Under the pieces are notes generated by a model, which was given only the letters and a program-made list of their open reading frames with translations, was not told where the DNA came from and searched no databases. 64,000 nucleotides of DNA from Blepharisma stoltei ATCC 30299 (Eukaryota > Protista > Ciliophora): the NCBI GenBank assembly GCA_965603825.1, contig CBFDEM010000011.1:186001-250000 (forward strand), read 5' to 3'. A program made the translations under genes and the position numbers. Shown here one piece after another: positions 10,749-22,028 of this stretch; the stretch's first letter is position 1; every line of letters starts with the position of its first letter.

Positions 10749-12806
10749 ATGGCAAACGGCTTAGACCTTCACAAATTTACTGAATTAGGAAACATAAGCG
10801 AAGTCAAACGCTTGACAGAAAAATATACATTTGACCCTCCAACAATATCAAAAGCCTTATGAACAGCCCTTGACTATGGATCTCCCACCCATGTAGAAAT
10901 TGCAAAAATTTTACTACCTCGTGCATCTCCAAGCTACAAAGATGCAGGCGGAATAACTTTTTTAATGAAAGCAGCCAAAATAGGTGACTTTGAACTTGTA
11001 AGACAATTAATTGGATTGAAGTGCAGCACAGTAGCTTGTGACAGGGAGAAAAAAAGCGTTCTGATGCATGCATTAGAAAAGCATGGCGATGATCCTATAA
11101 GAATTGTATCCTATCTTCTTTCAAATGGAGCCAATGCAAATACTACTGATTTAGAAGGATTCTCACCCCTCCATTATGCTGCACAAAATGGTTACGTTGA
11201 CTCTGTAAATGAGCTAATTGAATATCGAGCTGAAGTTAATGTGAAAAACATCAACAGTGATACCCCTTTACATCTTGCTGTAAGAAGTAATAATAGACAT
11301 TGTGCACAATTATTGATAGAAAGAGGTGCCAACCCAAGGATCCAAAACAACATCGGAAAATCTCCAATTAACGAATGCTCTGGAAATTGGTTTAATGGCT
11401 CCCATAAAGAAGAAAACAAAAAAGACAACAGAAACAAAGGAAAAGGAAGAGTGAAAAACTACAAAAAGAAAGAAATCAATGAAAAAAACATTGAAGAAGC
11501 TACAAATGGCTCTATAATACAAGCTTGTTTTAAATGTAAGAAAAACCATGAATTGTACTGCATTCCTTGTGCCAAAGAATTATTATCACACTCGTCAGAA
11601 GAAGAATACAAAATTTTGCTTCCTGAAAAAGGGTCAATTGAAGACGAAAATCGGAAGCTGAAAAATGACCTTGACAGGGAAAGAAAACACAAAAAAAAAT
11701 TAATTGAGAAATTAAAACTACTAGAAAAAGCCAATTCTTTATCTCCTACAACTAGTGAAGAAACTCAAGCTGATGATTTAATGTATTCGATAAAGCTAGC
11801 AAATCAAATGAATCAAGCATTATTCATGAGGCCACTTACAATGCAGACTAGAGAAGCTATATTTGAAAATCTTCAGCAAGAAGTAAAAAAGTTTTTAAAT
11901 GACCTGAATAATTGGGCGAAAAAATCAGATGGGCCGTATAGGGAAGTTGTAGAGATTATATCGATAGGTATAAAAGAAGAATTTCCAGAAAGTGATGTGA
12001 AAATTTATGGGTCTTTTGAAACGAACTTGCTTCTTCCCCATTCTGATATAGATCTTGTTATCACTAATTTAAACCAATCTCCAGCCCAAGTCTTACAAGC
12101 CCTTATATCGAAACTAAAATCGCTTTCTATTGTAACAAGCATAGATGACATTCTAACTGCCTCAATTCCACTCCTAAAAGTAAAAACTTCTTACAACTCA
12201 AGAATAATTCAAGTAGATATTTCAGTCCAAGATCCTAGACATAGTGGCCTCGCTTGCTCCTCTTTTGTAAAAACCTTACTAAAGCAACACTCGACACTTC
12301 GCCAGGTCACTTTACTATTTAAACAGCTTATTTATTTCTCAAACTTCCATGAGCCATTTAAAAGAGGATTAAGCTCTTATGGACTTTTGCTAATGATTGC
12401 TTGGTTTTATCAAGAGCAAACCCCTGAATGGATTGCTGAATACGCAAATGATACTCATAAGCTGTCAGAAATTTTTTTAAAGATTTTATACTACTATGGG
12501 TGGGAATTTGACTACTCAAGAAAAATAATTGTAAACAATCCAGATCTTCCCAACTTCAGAGAAATTTGGCCGAATAAAGTAATAATAAAATAGTTATCAG
12601 GAATTTTGTGTATTTGTGATCCCTTGAACCCTCAGAACTATATTGCTTCAGCTACTGATCTAGACCGTTTAGTGGTACTCCCTATTTAGAGCATTTTCCA
12701 GGTAGCGTATTGTAATGCTTGGAAACCTTCAGTTTGCCCATGTCAGGAAGGCCAAAAAATATATGAAAGGATTTTATATGAAGCCAAGGTTGCCACGGTA
12801 CTTTAG
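10749..12806 (+). CDS. Ankyrin repeat + Cys-rich finger + coiled coil + Trf4/TENT4-like non-canonical poly(A) polymerase
   Basis: ATG 10749 is in frame with the 10965 ORF through one TGA. Ankyrin motifs GFSPLHYAA and DTPLHLAV; CFKC..HELYCIPC; NTase YGSFETNLLLPHSDIDLV...VDISV; GLSSYGLLLM. Removing introns 12579-12593 and 12675-12689 adds the PAP-associated motif ICDPLNPQN. Confidence 0.88.
12579..12593 (+). other. 15-nt intron GTAATAATAAAATAG
   Basis: Removal gives LSGILCICDPLNPQN (PAP-associated motif). Confidence 0.88.
12675..12689 (+). other. 15-nt intron GTACTCCCTATTTAG
   Basis: Matches the consensus (A at position 10); removal extends the frame to TAG 12804-12806. Confidence 0.75.
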
Positions 12807-12865
12807 AGTAGGTTGTTAGGACTAGCTATATAAAATAAATATAAAATATAAATATACATAAAAAA

Positions 12866-13108
12866 TTAGTTACGACTGTTTATAATAAAATCTCTGATCT
12901 TCTGCACTGCTTGTTCGAATTGTTGAATCGTTGCAGTCATCTCTAAATTCTGTTCCAGTACAGAAGCCAAATACGCATTATTTGCTTCAATGATACCTAG
13001 GAGAGTATCATATGATAGATTTCCGTTTAACATTAAGATATTCAACGCATTTCTATTGCTAGAAGCATAAGCTAAATAGCTTGAATAAATGTCCTGAGTA
13101 TGACACAT
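12866..13108 (-). CDS. Hypothetical small coiled-coil protein
   Basis: 80-aa ATG-to-TAA ORF with helical heptad character and an AT-rich leader; no recognisable motif. Confidence 0.45.
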   Translation of the reverse strand: MCHTQDIYSSYLAYASSNRNALNILMLNGNLSYDTLLGIIEANNAYLASVLEQNLEMTATIQQFEQAVQKIRDFIINSRN

Positions 13109-13959
13109 TATTTATTAAATGGACATCAATTGCTTAAATTATAAGATCACACCTAATTAATATTCTTAAGTAATAACTCATAGGAGCATCCCGAAAAAAT
13201 TATCCAACAATTGATTTTCAATTGCAAGAAATTTAATCTTTTGAATTTTCACGTCATCAATATTTTGGGTTGAATGGAAATCTTATCATTTTTAATAATC
13301 CTTCAATATAAAACTCGTCTGAGATATTTTTGCTCAGTAAGTTTAAAGGCAGGATGATTAATTCCTTTAAAATAATTTGAGAATGCTTGCAGCCACTAGT
13401 GCATAAAGGCTCAACAGGCTATATTTTATTTATGATGGGGATAAAAATCATGTAAGAAGATTTTTAAGGATTTGTAAAAGCTACCATAATCAATTCTTAG
13501 TGCTTAACAAATTAATTTTAGTTACTTGCATAAAAAGATTTTAATTGTTTTTATTAAAAACTATTTTAATTATTTTTTCTGATCTATAACAAATTTCTGA
13601 TCGAGAAGAGTCAACAGTTACTTTGAAGGCTTTGCTTTTAAACGAGTAAAATCTTGGAAATATCAACAGACTAAATGATTTTTTCTCTTGAATTTCTCCA
13701 TTTTCTTTTGCTTATATTAAAATATCTTATTCTAACTCTATTCGTTCATAATCTTAATTATTTATATTTAGATTCATATTATAATTTTTATTTCGCAATT
13801 CTCAATATCTAATCTTTAAGAATTCACACTAATCCTTATTAATTTTAAAATAATTAAAATATGCCAAAAAATTAAAACCCTACTTGTGATCTAGCAATAA
13901 AAAATCAAAACGAAGCTAAATTCATTCATTATAATAAACTCCTCTATGAGTTATCATTT

Positions 13960-14929
13960 TTATATTTCTTGAAGCGTATCAAGCCATACTTTGCATTCTT
14001 CAATTGCTTCTTTAAATGCTGAATATGGTCCATATGCTTCTAAAATATCTGCTGTTACACAATTATGGCCTCTAATTAATGGATCGCACCCAGTGAATTC
14101 AAAATTTTCTGCCTTCTTAAGCCACTTTTCAAAGCTTTCCAATGTTTTTTCTTTTTTTATCGCAAAATGTTTTCTGACTATATCAGCAAACTCAACCGGT
14201 GGGTTTTGAATCATTCCAGTTATAGCATATTTGATATTAGCGTATTCTACAATCATCGAGTATTCCATATTAGCTTTACTACCAATTTCATAATGCTCAT
14301 GGCATGGCTCCATTTGTATAACTTCTTGAGTCATAACCAATGACTGGATTGATACAAAAACCTGCAAAAGGGTGCTATAGCTTGGCTTCCACATTTCTTC
14401 AGGCTCACAATCCCAAGTATTTATTATTGATAAACATACATTTCATGTATGATATAAATTTGGGTTACCTGACTGTCCCATTTACTGTTGTTTTTATTGT
14501 TATTGAAGGAGGGTTGTTTGGATCTTCTTGAGGTAATTTTATATCAAATAAAAATAGCCCATGCTCATATGGGGTATCTTCAGTCTCTGAAATTAATACT
14601 TTCAATCTACTTAAATTTGAGCTGTCTATACTGATAAAGACAGAACCTTAAGGTTCACATGGTAAACTCCGGGATAATGATTTAAGTTCTTTAGTAATTC
14701 TAGTAAGGCCTTGTGTGCTGAGTCCTTTATCATCATAACAATATGTTGAGATATTTTCTTCAATCCAATCAAAGGCATTACATCTAAGACTGCCTAAGTG
14801 TCGAAAATATAGATGAGTTGGTTCTGGAGCTTCAAGATCTGAATCTGATGGTTCTCTTATTAAAAATATAGGAGCAGGATCTTCTTCTTCATTGCCTGAT
14901 TTTAATATTTCTTCTCCAGCAGAATCCAT
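13960..14929 (-). pseudogene. BIRC6/UBE2Z-type ubiquitin-conjugating domain gene, disrupted
   Basis: RITKELKSLSRSLPCEP, then TAA (14648-14650), then GSVFISID...DTPYEHGLFLFDIKLP...TTVNGTVR. After a frameshift near 14467 it continues NPNLYHT-W-NVCLSIINTW...EMWKPSYSTLLQVFVSIQSL. No 15/16-nt intron removes either lesion. Confidence 0.75.
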
Positions 14930-15335
14930 CTTATTTGTTGCATGAAGTGATAAAATGAAAATGCTGTATTTTTGATAAAATAATTTTAAACAATATAACA
15001 ATATACAACAAGACTCTTGGCAATAATATAGATAGAAATTATTTAATTTTATTATAATTAAAATCCAAGATTTTATTATCGACTTTTCTAAAATTAATTT
15101 AAGCCTTTATTAATTGGAAAATTAAAATGGATACGTTGAGGGAATAGGACTCAACGACGCACTTTTTGGTGGAGAGGTGGACTGATACAGTGTGTGGCAA
15201 AGCATTCTATGTAACTCGAGGAAAAATTTTTTCTTCCTTCTTCAAAAGAGATATTTGAATCAATTTTAATAGATTGTGGATTTCTCTGCGCAATTTTGTC
15301 TTCTAACTCTTCTTTTTCGATTGCTTCTTTGTTTT

Positions 15336-16640
15336 CTATATTTTATATGTTTTTTTCTCTACTTTTTTAGCTGTATATTCTCTAACACCAATTGGCAGTA
15401 AAAGCGCAAACGATATAAACCCAGCAATCAGCATAAAAATAAAAGAATACATCCAATCAAAAGATGCCAAATATCCAATTAATATCTGCCCAAATGCAGC
15501 TCCCAAGCTTCCAGTTCCATCAATAATCCCAGCAACAGTCGACAATGCTTTTTCACACGATTTATCGCTATCATGTCTTCCAATATCAACCGAGACAGCT
15601 CCAGGAATCAATTGTCCTGCAGCCCCAGCCAAAATTCCTATCATAAATGACAAAAAGTAAAAAATCCACCAACTATTAACAGGAACTGCTTCAAATCCCC
15701 AAATAACGGGCAAGGTTGAAAACATGATCACACAAAGCGTTGGTCCTCGAGATCCTAGCTTATCAGTCACCCATCCAAATATAAAAACTCCAACCAAGCT
15801 TGCAACATCATATAAATTTGCCATAATTCCAATACTGTTGCTATCGATTTTGTAATCGTCGTGCAAATAGTAAGGAAGCCACATTAATATGGCGTAGTTT
15901 AAGGTTTTTACACTTGCGAAGCTCAATGAGTAGTTTATAACGCCTGGCAAGAGCCAAGCTTGCCAGAAAGTTAACTTCTTTTTAGGCTCCTTTTTTATTT
16001 CTAAGTTTGTGTCGGCTAGAAGAGGGGTAGATGCTTCTAAAGAATATTCTGGCTTATCTTTGCCGAAAATCCACAGCAATATAGCAACAAAAATCATAAA
16101 ATAAGCACAAAAACTAATGATGAGCTTCCAGCTAACTTTATTATACATCAAAAATGCAGACAGCTGAGCTCCAATTAAGTGGCCTGCTGCTGCATTTGAG
16201 CTCCAAAATCCTATTATTTTCCCTGTGTTTGCTTTTGGGAACCAATTTCCCATAATTGATACGCTTGATGGCCAAGCTGCAGACTGAAATATTCCTTCAA
16301 AAGCAAATAAAATAGAAAATACCAATGGATTATTTATCTTTAAACTTCCAAGTAAAACACAAATTAAGTAAATAATCCCTCCTAACCCGACACCAATCGA
16401 GGCTACTTTTGAAGGAGATATTTTGTCACTTAAGGTTCCACTTATAAAATTTCCAAATGCATAGCAGAATAAAAAGGTAAAATCTAATGTTCCAAGTAAA
16501 GTCGAGTCCATGCTCAAATCATCACCAATTTCTGGCTTCACCATTGCTCAGCTTTGTATTGATATATGCCTAGCTGCTATAGTAAAATATGTGATAAAGA
16601 AAATTCAAATTTGGTTCTTCAGTAAATCTCTTCTGCTCAT
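15336..16640 (-). CDS. MFS transporter, SLC37/GlpT (sugar-phosphate exchanger) family
   Basis: ATG 16640 is reached through two TGA=Trp. Motifs LGTLDFTFLFCYAFG, GNWFPK, YAILMWLPYYL and TVAGIIDGTGSLGAAFGQ; about 12 TM segments. Confidence 0.92.
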
Positions 16641-16789
16641 TTTTTTTAAAATTGTGTGTTATATATGGGAACAGAAATATGAGTTTTTAATTTAGATAAA
16701 TCAGAAATTGAAGTAATTCAAAATTAAAGCAAATTAATATGAAATTAAAAAAAGCAAATGTTTTTTTTTGTGTTTTAAATAGGTTTACA

Positions 16790-17083
16790 TTATAACTTGA
16801 CAGCAGATTCTTGACTAAAATCGGCAAACTTGGCTATTTGATTTGTAGGCGCTGGCGAGATATTAAAAGATGGGTTTGCAGAATGCTCTAATGCGGAGGG
16901 TTCTTCTTTCACTGAAAATAAAGATATTTTGCGATTTGCTAATTCACTAAACTGAATTTTTGTATCTTTGATCCCTGACCCTTTTCTAGTCAAAATGATT
17001 GCCTTTGGTGAAGTATTATCACCAGTTTCGATAATAGTTGGCTTTTTTATTTTGGCTTTTCCTAATACAGGAGTGCATCCCAT
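16790..17083 (-). CDS. Small hypothetical protein with possible N-acylation (MGC)
   Basis: 97-aa ORF with coding-like composition, flanked by AT-rich spacers. Confidence 0.6.
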   Translation of the reverse strand: MGCTPVLGKAKIKKPTIIETGDNTSPKAIILTRKGSGIKDTKIQFSELANRKISLFSVKEEPSALEHSANPSFNISPAPTNQIAKFADFSQESAVKL

Positions 17084-17429
17084 GTTATTTTATCATTTAA
17101 TACTTATATTCTTAATTAATCTATTAATTAAAATACTTTATACCATCTGAGCTTCTGAAATAATGATTTATTAGCAAATATTTTGATGTGTTTGATTTTT
17201 CTCTTTATTAATGCTTTTGGTCATATACAAGAAATAATTAATATAAAATTTGTCAAAATTCATTACATATTTAGAAGGAGAGCTCTTTGTCGAAAATAAA
17301 TTGGCAGCTTTGTCTTTATGAAAATTCGTAGGATAGGCTATTTATAAAGGATCAATTCATATTAAAGTTATTACTATGTAAAAATAAAAAAATGGTATAC
17401 ATTATTTTTATTAAGAATTTATTGAACTT

Positions 17430-18539
17430 TTACAATGAAATTAGAAAATCAGCATATAGTGAGCAGTGATCTGAAGGCCAATCAAATTCATTTTCAGCAT
17501 ATCCACACAGTTCACAAAGCAGCGGATCTTCTGTATTTCTATATAAAATCCTATCCATTCTCTCTTTAGGATTTCAGCTTGGGTATGTATTCCCATCATT
17601 TTCTCCTTCCAAAGTGATCCAAGCATCCTTAAGATTCTTATCTCCTTTGTTTTTTCCTTCTAAAGTTCCTGTGCCCCTTTTAAAATTCATGTCGCCCATC
17701 AATATTTGTAGGGTTTCTCCATCGTCTTCTGAGTCAATAAATCTTATTATATCACATAATTGTTTAGCTTGGCCTTTATCATCATAGGTTAATTGGGTAT
17801 TATACACATTTATTTTCTTGTTTGGGTGGCTAATAGCAGCTCTTAAGCATGCTCTAATATTTTTATCTTCTTTTGTTTTTGATAATTTTTTAGATTTTAT
17901 ATCAATAATAGGGAATCTCGAAATAATGCCAATTCCATCAATAATTCCATTACTAAAATGCATTACTTCTAGTCAGTGCGAATAAGGATATTCTGGAAGT
18001 TTAGCTAATAAATCTTTCATCATATCTTTTCCTCCATTTTTCTCACAGCTAATATTATCAATAAATCTATTTAAGCACCGATTAAAGGTACAAAGCCCAT
18101 AATAGGGATCATATCTAGCTTCTTGAATTCCGATAATATCAGGATTTGCTATTTTTATTTGCTTTGCAAGCATTTCGACTCTTTTTTCTCATTTTTTGTC
18201 TTTATTAAAAGATGATAAGTTATACGTTTGCAGCCTAACTATCGTTGGTGTACCTAAATAAAAAATACTAGGATATGTAACATAAATTATAGGTTTTTTA
18301 GTATATTTTAAATAATCCTGCAAGCTGCAATCGTCGTTAATAATGATCCAATCTTTAAGATATGGACCTGCAAGCTGGTATGTAGGCTCGTGATCTTCCA
18401 GTAGCTCAGAAATATTGCTAATTAAAAAAATACTAATATAGCATTGTATAGGTAAAATTTTTAGGGCAGAAAATATCATATGTTCTGGACTCAAGTATGA
18501 CCTTAAGGCATATTTTAGTTTCCATTTATTTTTATTCAT
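17430..18539 (-). CDS. Endonuclease/exonuclease/phosphatase (EEP) family protein
   Basis: Three ORF pieces and a tail join through TGA at 18189, 17973 and 17574. Motifs LQTYNL, PDIIGIQE, GIISRFPI, ILMGDMN, TYPS-W-NP..RMDRILY and WPSDH; TAA at 17430-17432. Confidence 0.88.
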
Positions 18540-18646
18540 ATTTAAAATAAACAGGTGTCAGAAACATTTATATGCCGTTTGACATTTTTTTAGGTTGAAG
18601 AAATAATTAGGATGATATTTAACAAATTAAAATAATTGAATTAGAG

Positions 18647-20362
18647 TTAAAATTCCCAAGTAGTCTCTGCATACATCGCCCAAATAAATTTCGCTCTCAG
18701 AGTCTTTGCAAATACTTTTTCAATTGGCACTTCATTCTTTTTGCACCATGCAACAGTGATTCTCGGATCCATATAATTAATTTTTGAAGTCTGAAGCGCT
18801 ATTGTTTTGTTATCATCCTTCATTTTTAGCTTAATTTCCATATTTTTCACAGCTGTTTTAGCTTTAGCTAGTGCTTTCTTTGTATTTTCTTCAGTGCAAG
18901 GTAATTTTCTTTCTGTATCTACTGAATTTCTCCCAGTTTTAATAAATTTCATATGGTCTTCAAGTATCCTGATATCCTCAAGCTTTTCTTTTAATTTTTC
19001 TTGAAGTTTTTCTATCATGCCTTCAAAATTTTTTGGCGTCGATTTTTGATGGTTACATAATATAGCAACTTCTCTATTTGCATCAGTATAAAATTGGACT
19101 TTTTCTTCAACAGACTGATTTTTTGCTTTAAATTTTGCTAGTTGCTGCTGTAAAGAAATTGATGCATTATAAGTTCTAAACATTTTAGCAGAGAGTCCAT
19201 GCATAAAACTCCTTAAATAGCCATTAAGGGTGTGGGCGGTAATTAAATCAAATAAATCGTTTTCTTTTTCTTTACCTTTACAAAATTCTTTTAAATTGTT
19301 ATAGACTTCAGGGACAATTTGAACTGTATTAAAATATCTCATAGAATCTTTACCAAGAAAGTCTAAAGTAATTTGATGATTTTTTTCGAATTTTATATGT
19401 TCAACTCTTAAAGAACAGCAGCCAACGGTATCAGCTTCGTCTTCAGTTTTTTCATTTCCAACACGTAATGCAAGTTTGTCAATTAAATATAAAGCTGACC
19501 CTAATTGCTTATTAACAGAACTATCTGATAAAATTTTTTTGTTATAATCTGCTCTGATTTCATCAATCATTTCTTTTAATTTTTTGGCTTTTTCATATTT
19601 TAGCTTATCGCTGAGCCCTTTAAATTTGGAAGCTGCAGATAAATAGACATATTTCTTGCTTGAAAAACTTAGTTCAGGGTCTTCATAAAATGCAAGTCAG
19701 GTAGTTGTATTGTTGTGTGTAATAAATTTCCAAGAATGTCCTGGCAATGGGCATATAGGAACTTTATTTCTTTTCCCTATATTTATTGTAATATCTTCAG
19801 GAGCTAGTCTTCCCTTTATGTTTCCTCCTTTAGGGTGTTGGCCTCTTCCTCTAAACAGCCCAGGAGGCTCAACTATTATATTAGAAATTTTTTCTCTTGT
19901 ATTGTCCACGATTGCATAGCCCATTTCTTCAATAATTTTTTGTTTGGCTTCTCTTTCAGTTTTTTTTTCTTCTGAAGGCCGGAGTTTTTTTAATTCTCTT
20001 TGAGACTCAATATGCATACTTATTCCTTTAAAATCGCAGCCATTTAAGGATTTAATTTTATGGTTTTCGCCAAGAATTTTTAAGAAACTGCTTTCGAAAT
20101 TTTTTCGGAAAATTTCTTTTGTTTCCCATTCAGTTCCTACGACAGAGGCCCACATTGTAGCGATTTCTTCTTGCTCAGGGGTTAAATAAATTGGCTCGCC
20201 ATTATAGACAAGTGGGACTCCGTGAGGCTGATATAATGGAGGAAAAAATAAGCCATGGTGCTCAAGGGACATTCATTTGATTGAAGATTGATCTTCTTGA
20301 TCTCCTTCCCACCAATGGCTGCTTTCTTTTTTCCTCTTCTTTGGCAAGTCCTCAGTTTCCAT
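18647..20362 (-). CDS. TOP1: DNA topoisomerase IB
   Basis: SIK-W(TGA)-MSLEHHG, EPPGLFRGRG, TTT-W(TGA 19697)-LAFY, ALRVGNEK, LDFLGKDS, KMFRTYNAS and ILCNHQK; catalytic SKINYMDPR. Confidence 0.96.
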
Positions 20363-21386
20363 AGATTTATATTAAGATCCCCTTGCTTTAAATTTTAATT
20401 TTTATCTAATTAAAAGGAGTAATTTTTTACAAAATTATTGAACATAAAAAAATCATTTGCTTATTTAGCTTTTTATTTTCATAGAAATGACTCAAAAATT
20501 ATGTTTAGAATCTCATTTTGATTATACGATTTAAATAAAGAAATCTTTCATTTCAGTTTTTGCTTTATTTTAAAAAAATCATCTGTAATTTTTTTGAAAT
20601 TGGAAATATAAGGTCTATCTTGTTAGTAGCCATTTCAATTATTTATGCTTCAAACGATATGATTATATGTTTAATTTGATAAGTATAATAAAAGCATTAA
20701 ATAATTTTTATTAAATCAGAATTTTCTATTATAAATAATAATTCAAGTAATTGCCAGAAAAATCATCAAAAACTTACTAATAAAAAATAAAGAATTTTTA
20801 AAAGCTTAGATAGCCTTATTAAATTAAATTGTTTATTATTTTCCTCAAGCAGCAAAAATGCATTTTGCTACCTTTAAAAGAGTTTTTTAAAAATTTGATT
20901 GTAATTTTGGTAAAGTACAAGAAGAGCACTCTAAATGATGAAATAAGGAACAAATATTCAGAAGTTTTAAAATTTCCATATTAAAATTTGCATTTAATTA
21001 TCTTAACTTAATAAAAAAAAAAACACAATAATTGTAACTATAAATGTGTTTTAGCAGCTTTATTTTATGAAGATTTATCCTTCACTTCAACATAAATTAT
21101 TATCGTATTATCTCAGCATCCATTTTATCTTATTGTATTACAATTTCGGTTATAAATCTAATTTGATCTTTTACTACTTAAATATAAATTTGTAAAATAA
21201 ACTGAAAATACCGAATGATTCAAAAAAAAATATACTCACCAACTCTCAAATTTAATCTTAATTTCTTAAGGTTTTTTTGTAAATTTGAGAGGACATATTT
21301 TAGCATCAGTAATAACAAATATGTGCCTTATATTATGTAAGCCTGTCGTGTGTGATCATCCCTTCTGTGTCTCCTTCTATACAAAA

Positions 21387-22028
21387 ATGGGAGGTATGCG
21401 AGTCACACTTCTTAATAATGACGAAGATCATTATCTCTCCGTCATAAACTATCAAAATGCCGTTCTCACCGATCTTGTCGAGTACAACAAAAAAAGTTTC
21501 GAAGCATTTGATAATCTTCTCGCTGAGGCGAAATCTCTTGGACGTTTTCTTGCAAACACAAGACACGCAGATTTAGTCATGGAAACAAGTATTACTGATG
21601 AACAGATTTTCAGTTCAAGCACGAAAGAAGACTCTTATAAATATGAATTGAAATTAATTGAGAAATTTCCGGAAGCTTTATGAAAAGAACGCGGGTTTTC
21701 AATAAGAGCATTTGTCCAGGATAAGTCAAGAGAGTCAGTTTATCTCCATAAATTTCCACGGTTTCGTGTTTTTCTCTATACAATGGATGAAAAGCCTAAA
21801 CTCTTAAATTTAAACGTAGCTGGCAAAAAAGTACTACGAGGAACCATAGAGGCGGAGATGAAGGAGGATAGCACAATCTACTTTAAAAATTTAGTGATAA
21901 ATGAAGTCAGCTCCCATTATACAAATGATGCCTTTCAAATAGTTGTAGCTAACCTCAATTCATCAGCAGTTAAGCCTCTTATATTGAGCGGAATTCATGT
22001 ACGAGCAAGGAGATTGGTAAAAAAATAA
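21387..22028 (+). CDS. Hypothetical protein; beta-rich C-terminal domain resembling Ig-fold (NDT80/p53-like) DNA-binding domains
   Basis: ORF pieces join through TGA 21681-21683 (FPEAL-W-KERGFSI); likely ATG at 21387. The fold call is inference. Confidence 0.7.

Noticed and set aside
14930-15340. Possible read-through fusion of the MFS tail with the downstream UBC gene
   Set aside because: TAA at 15107-15109 closes the UBC frame and TAA at 15094-15096 closes the tail frame.
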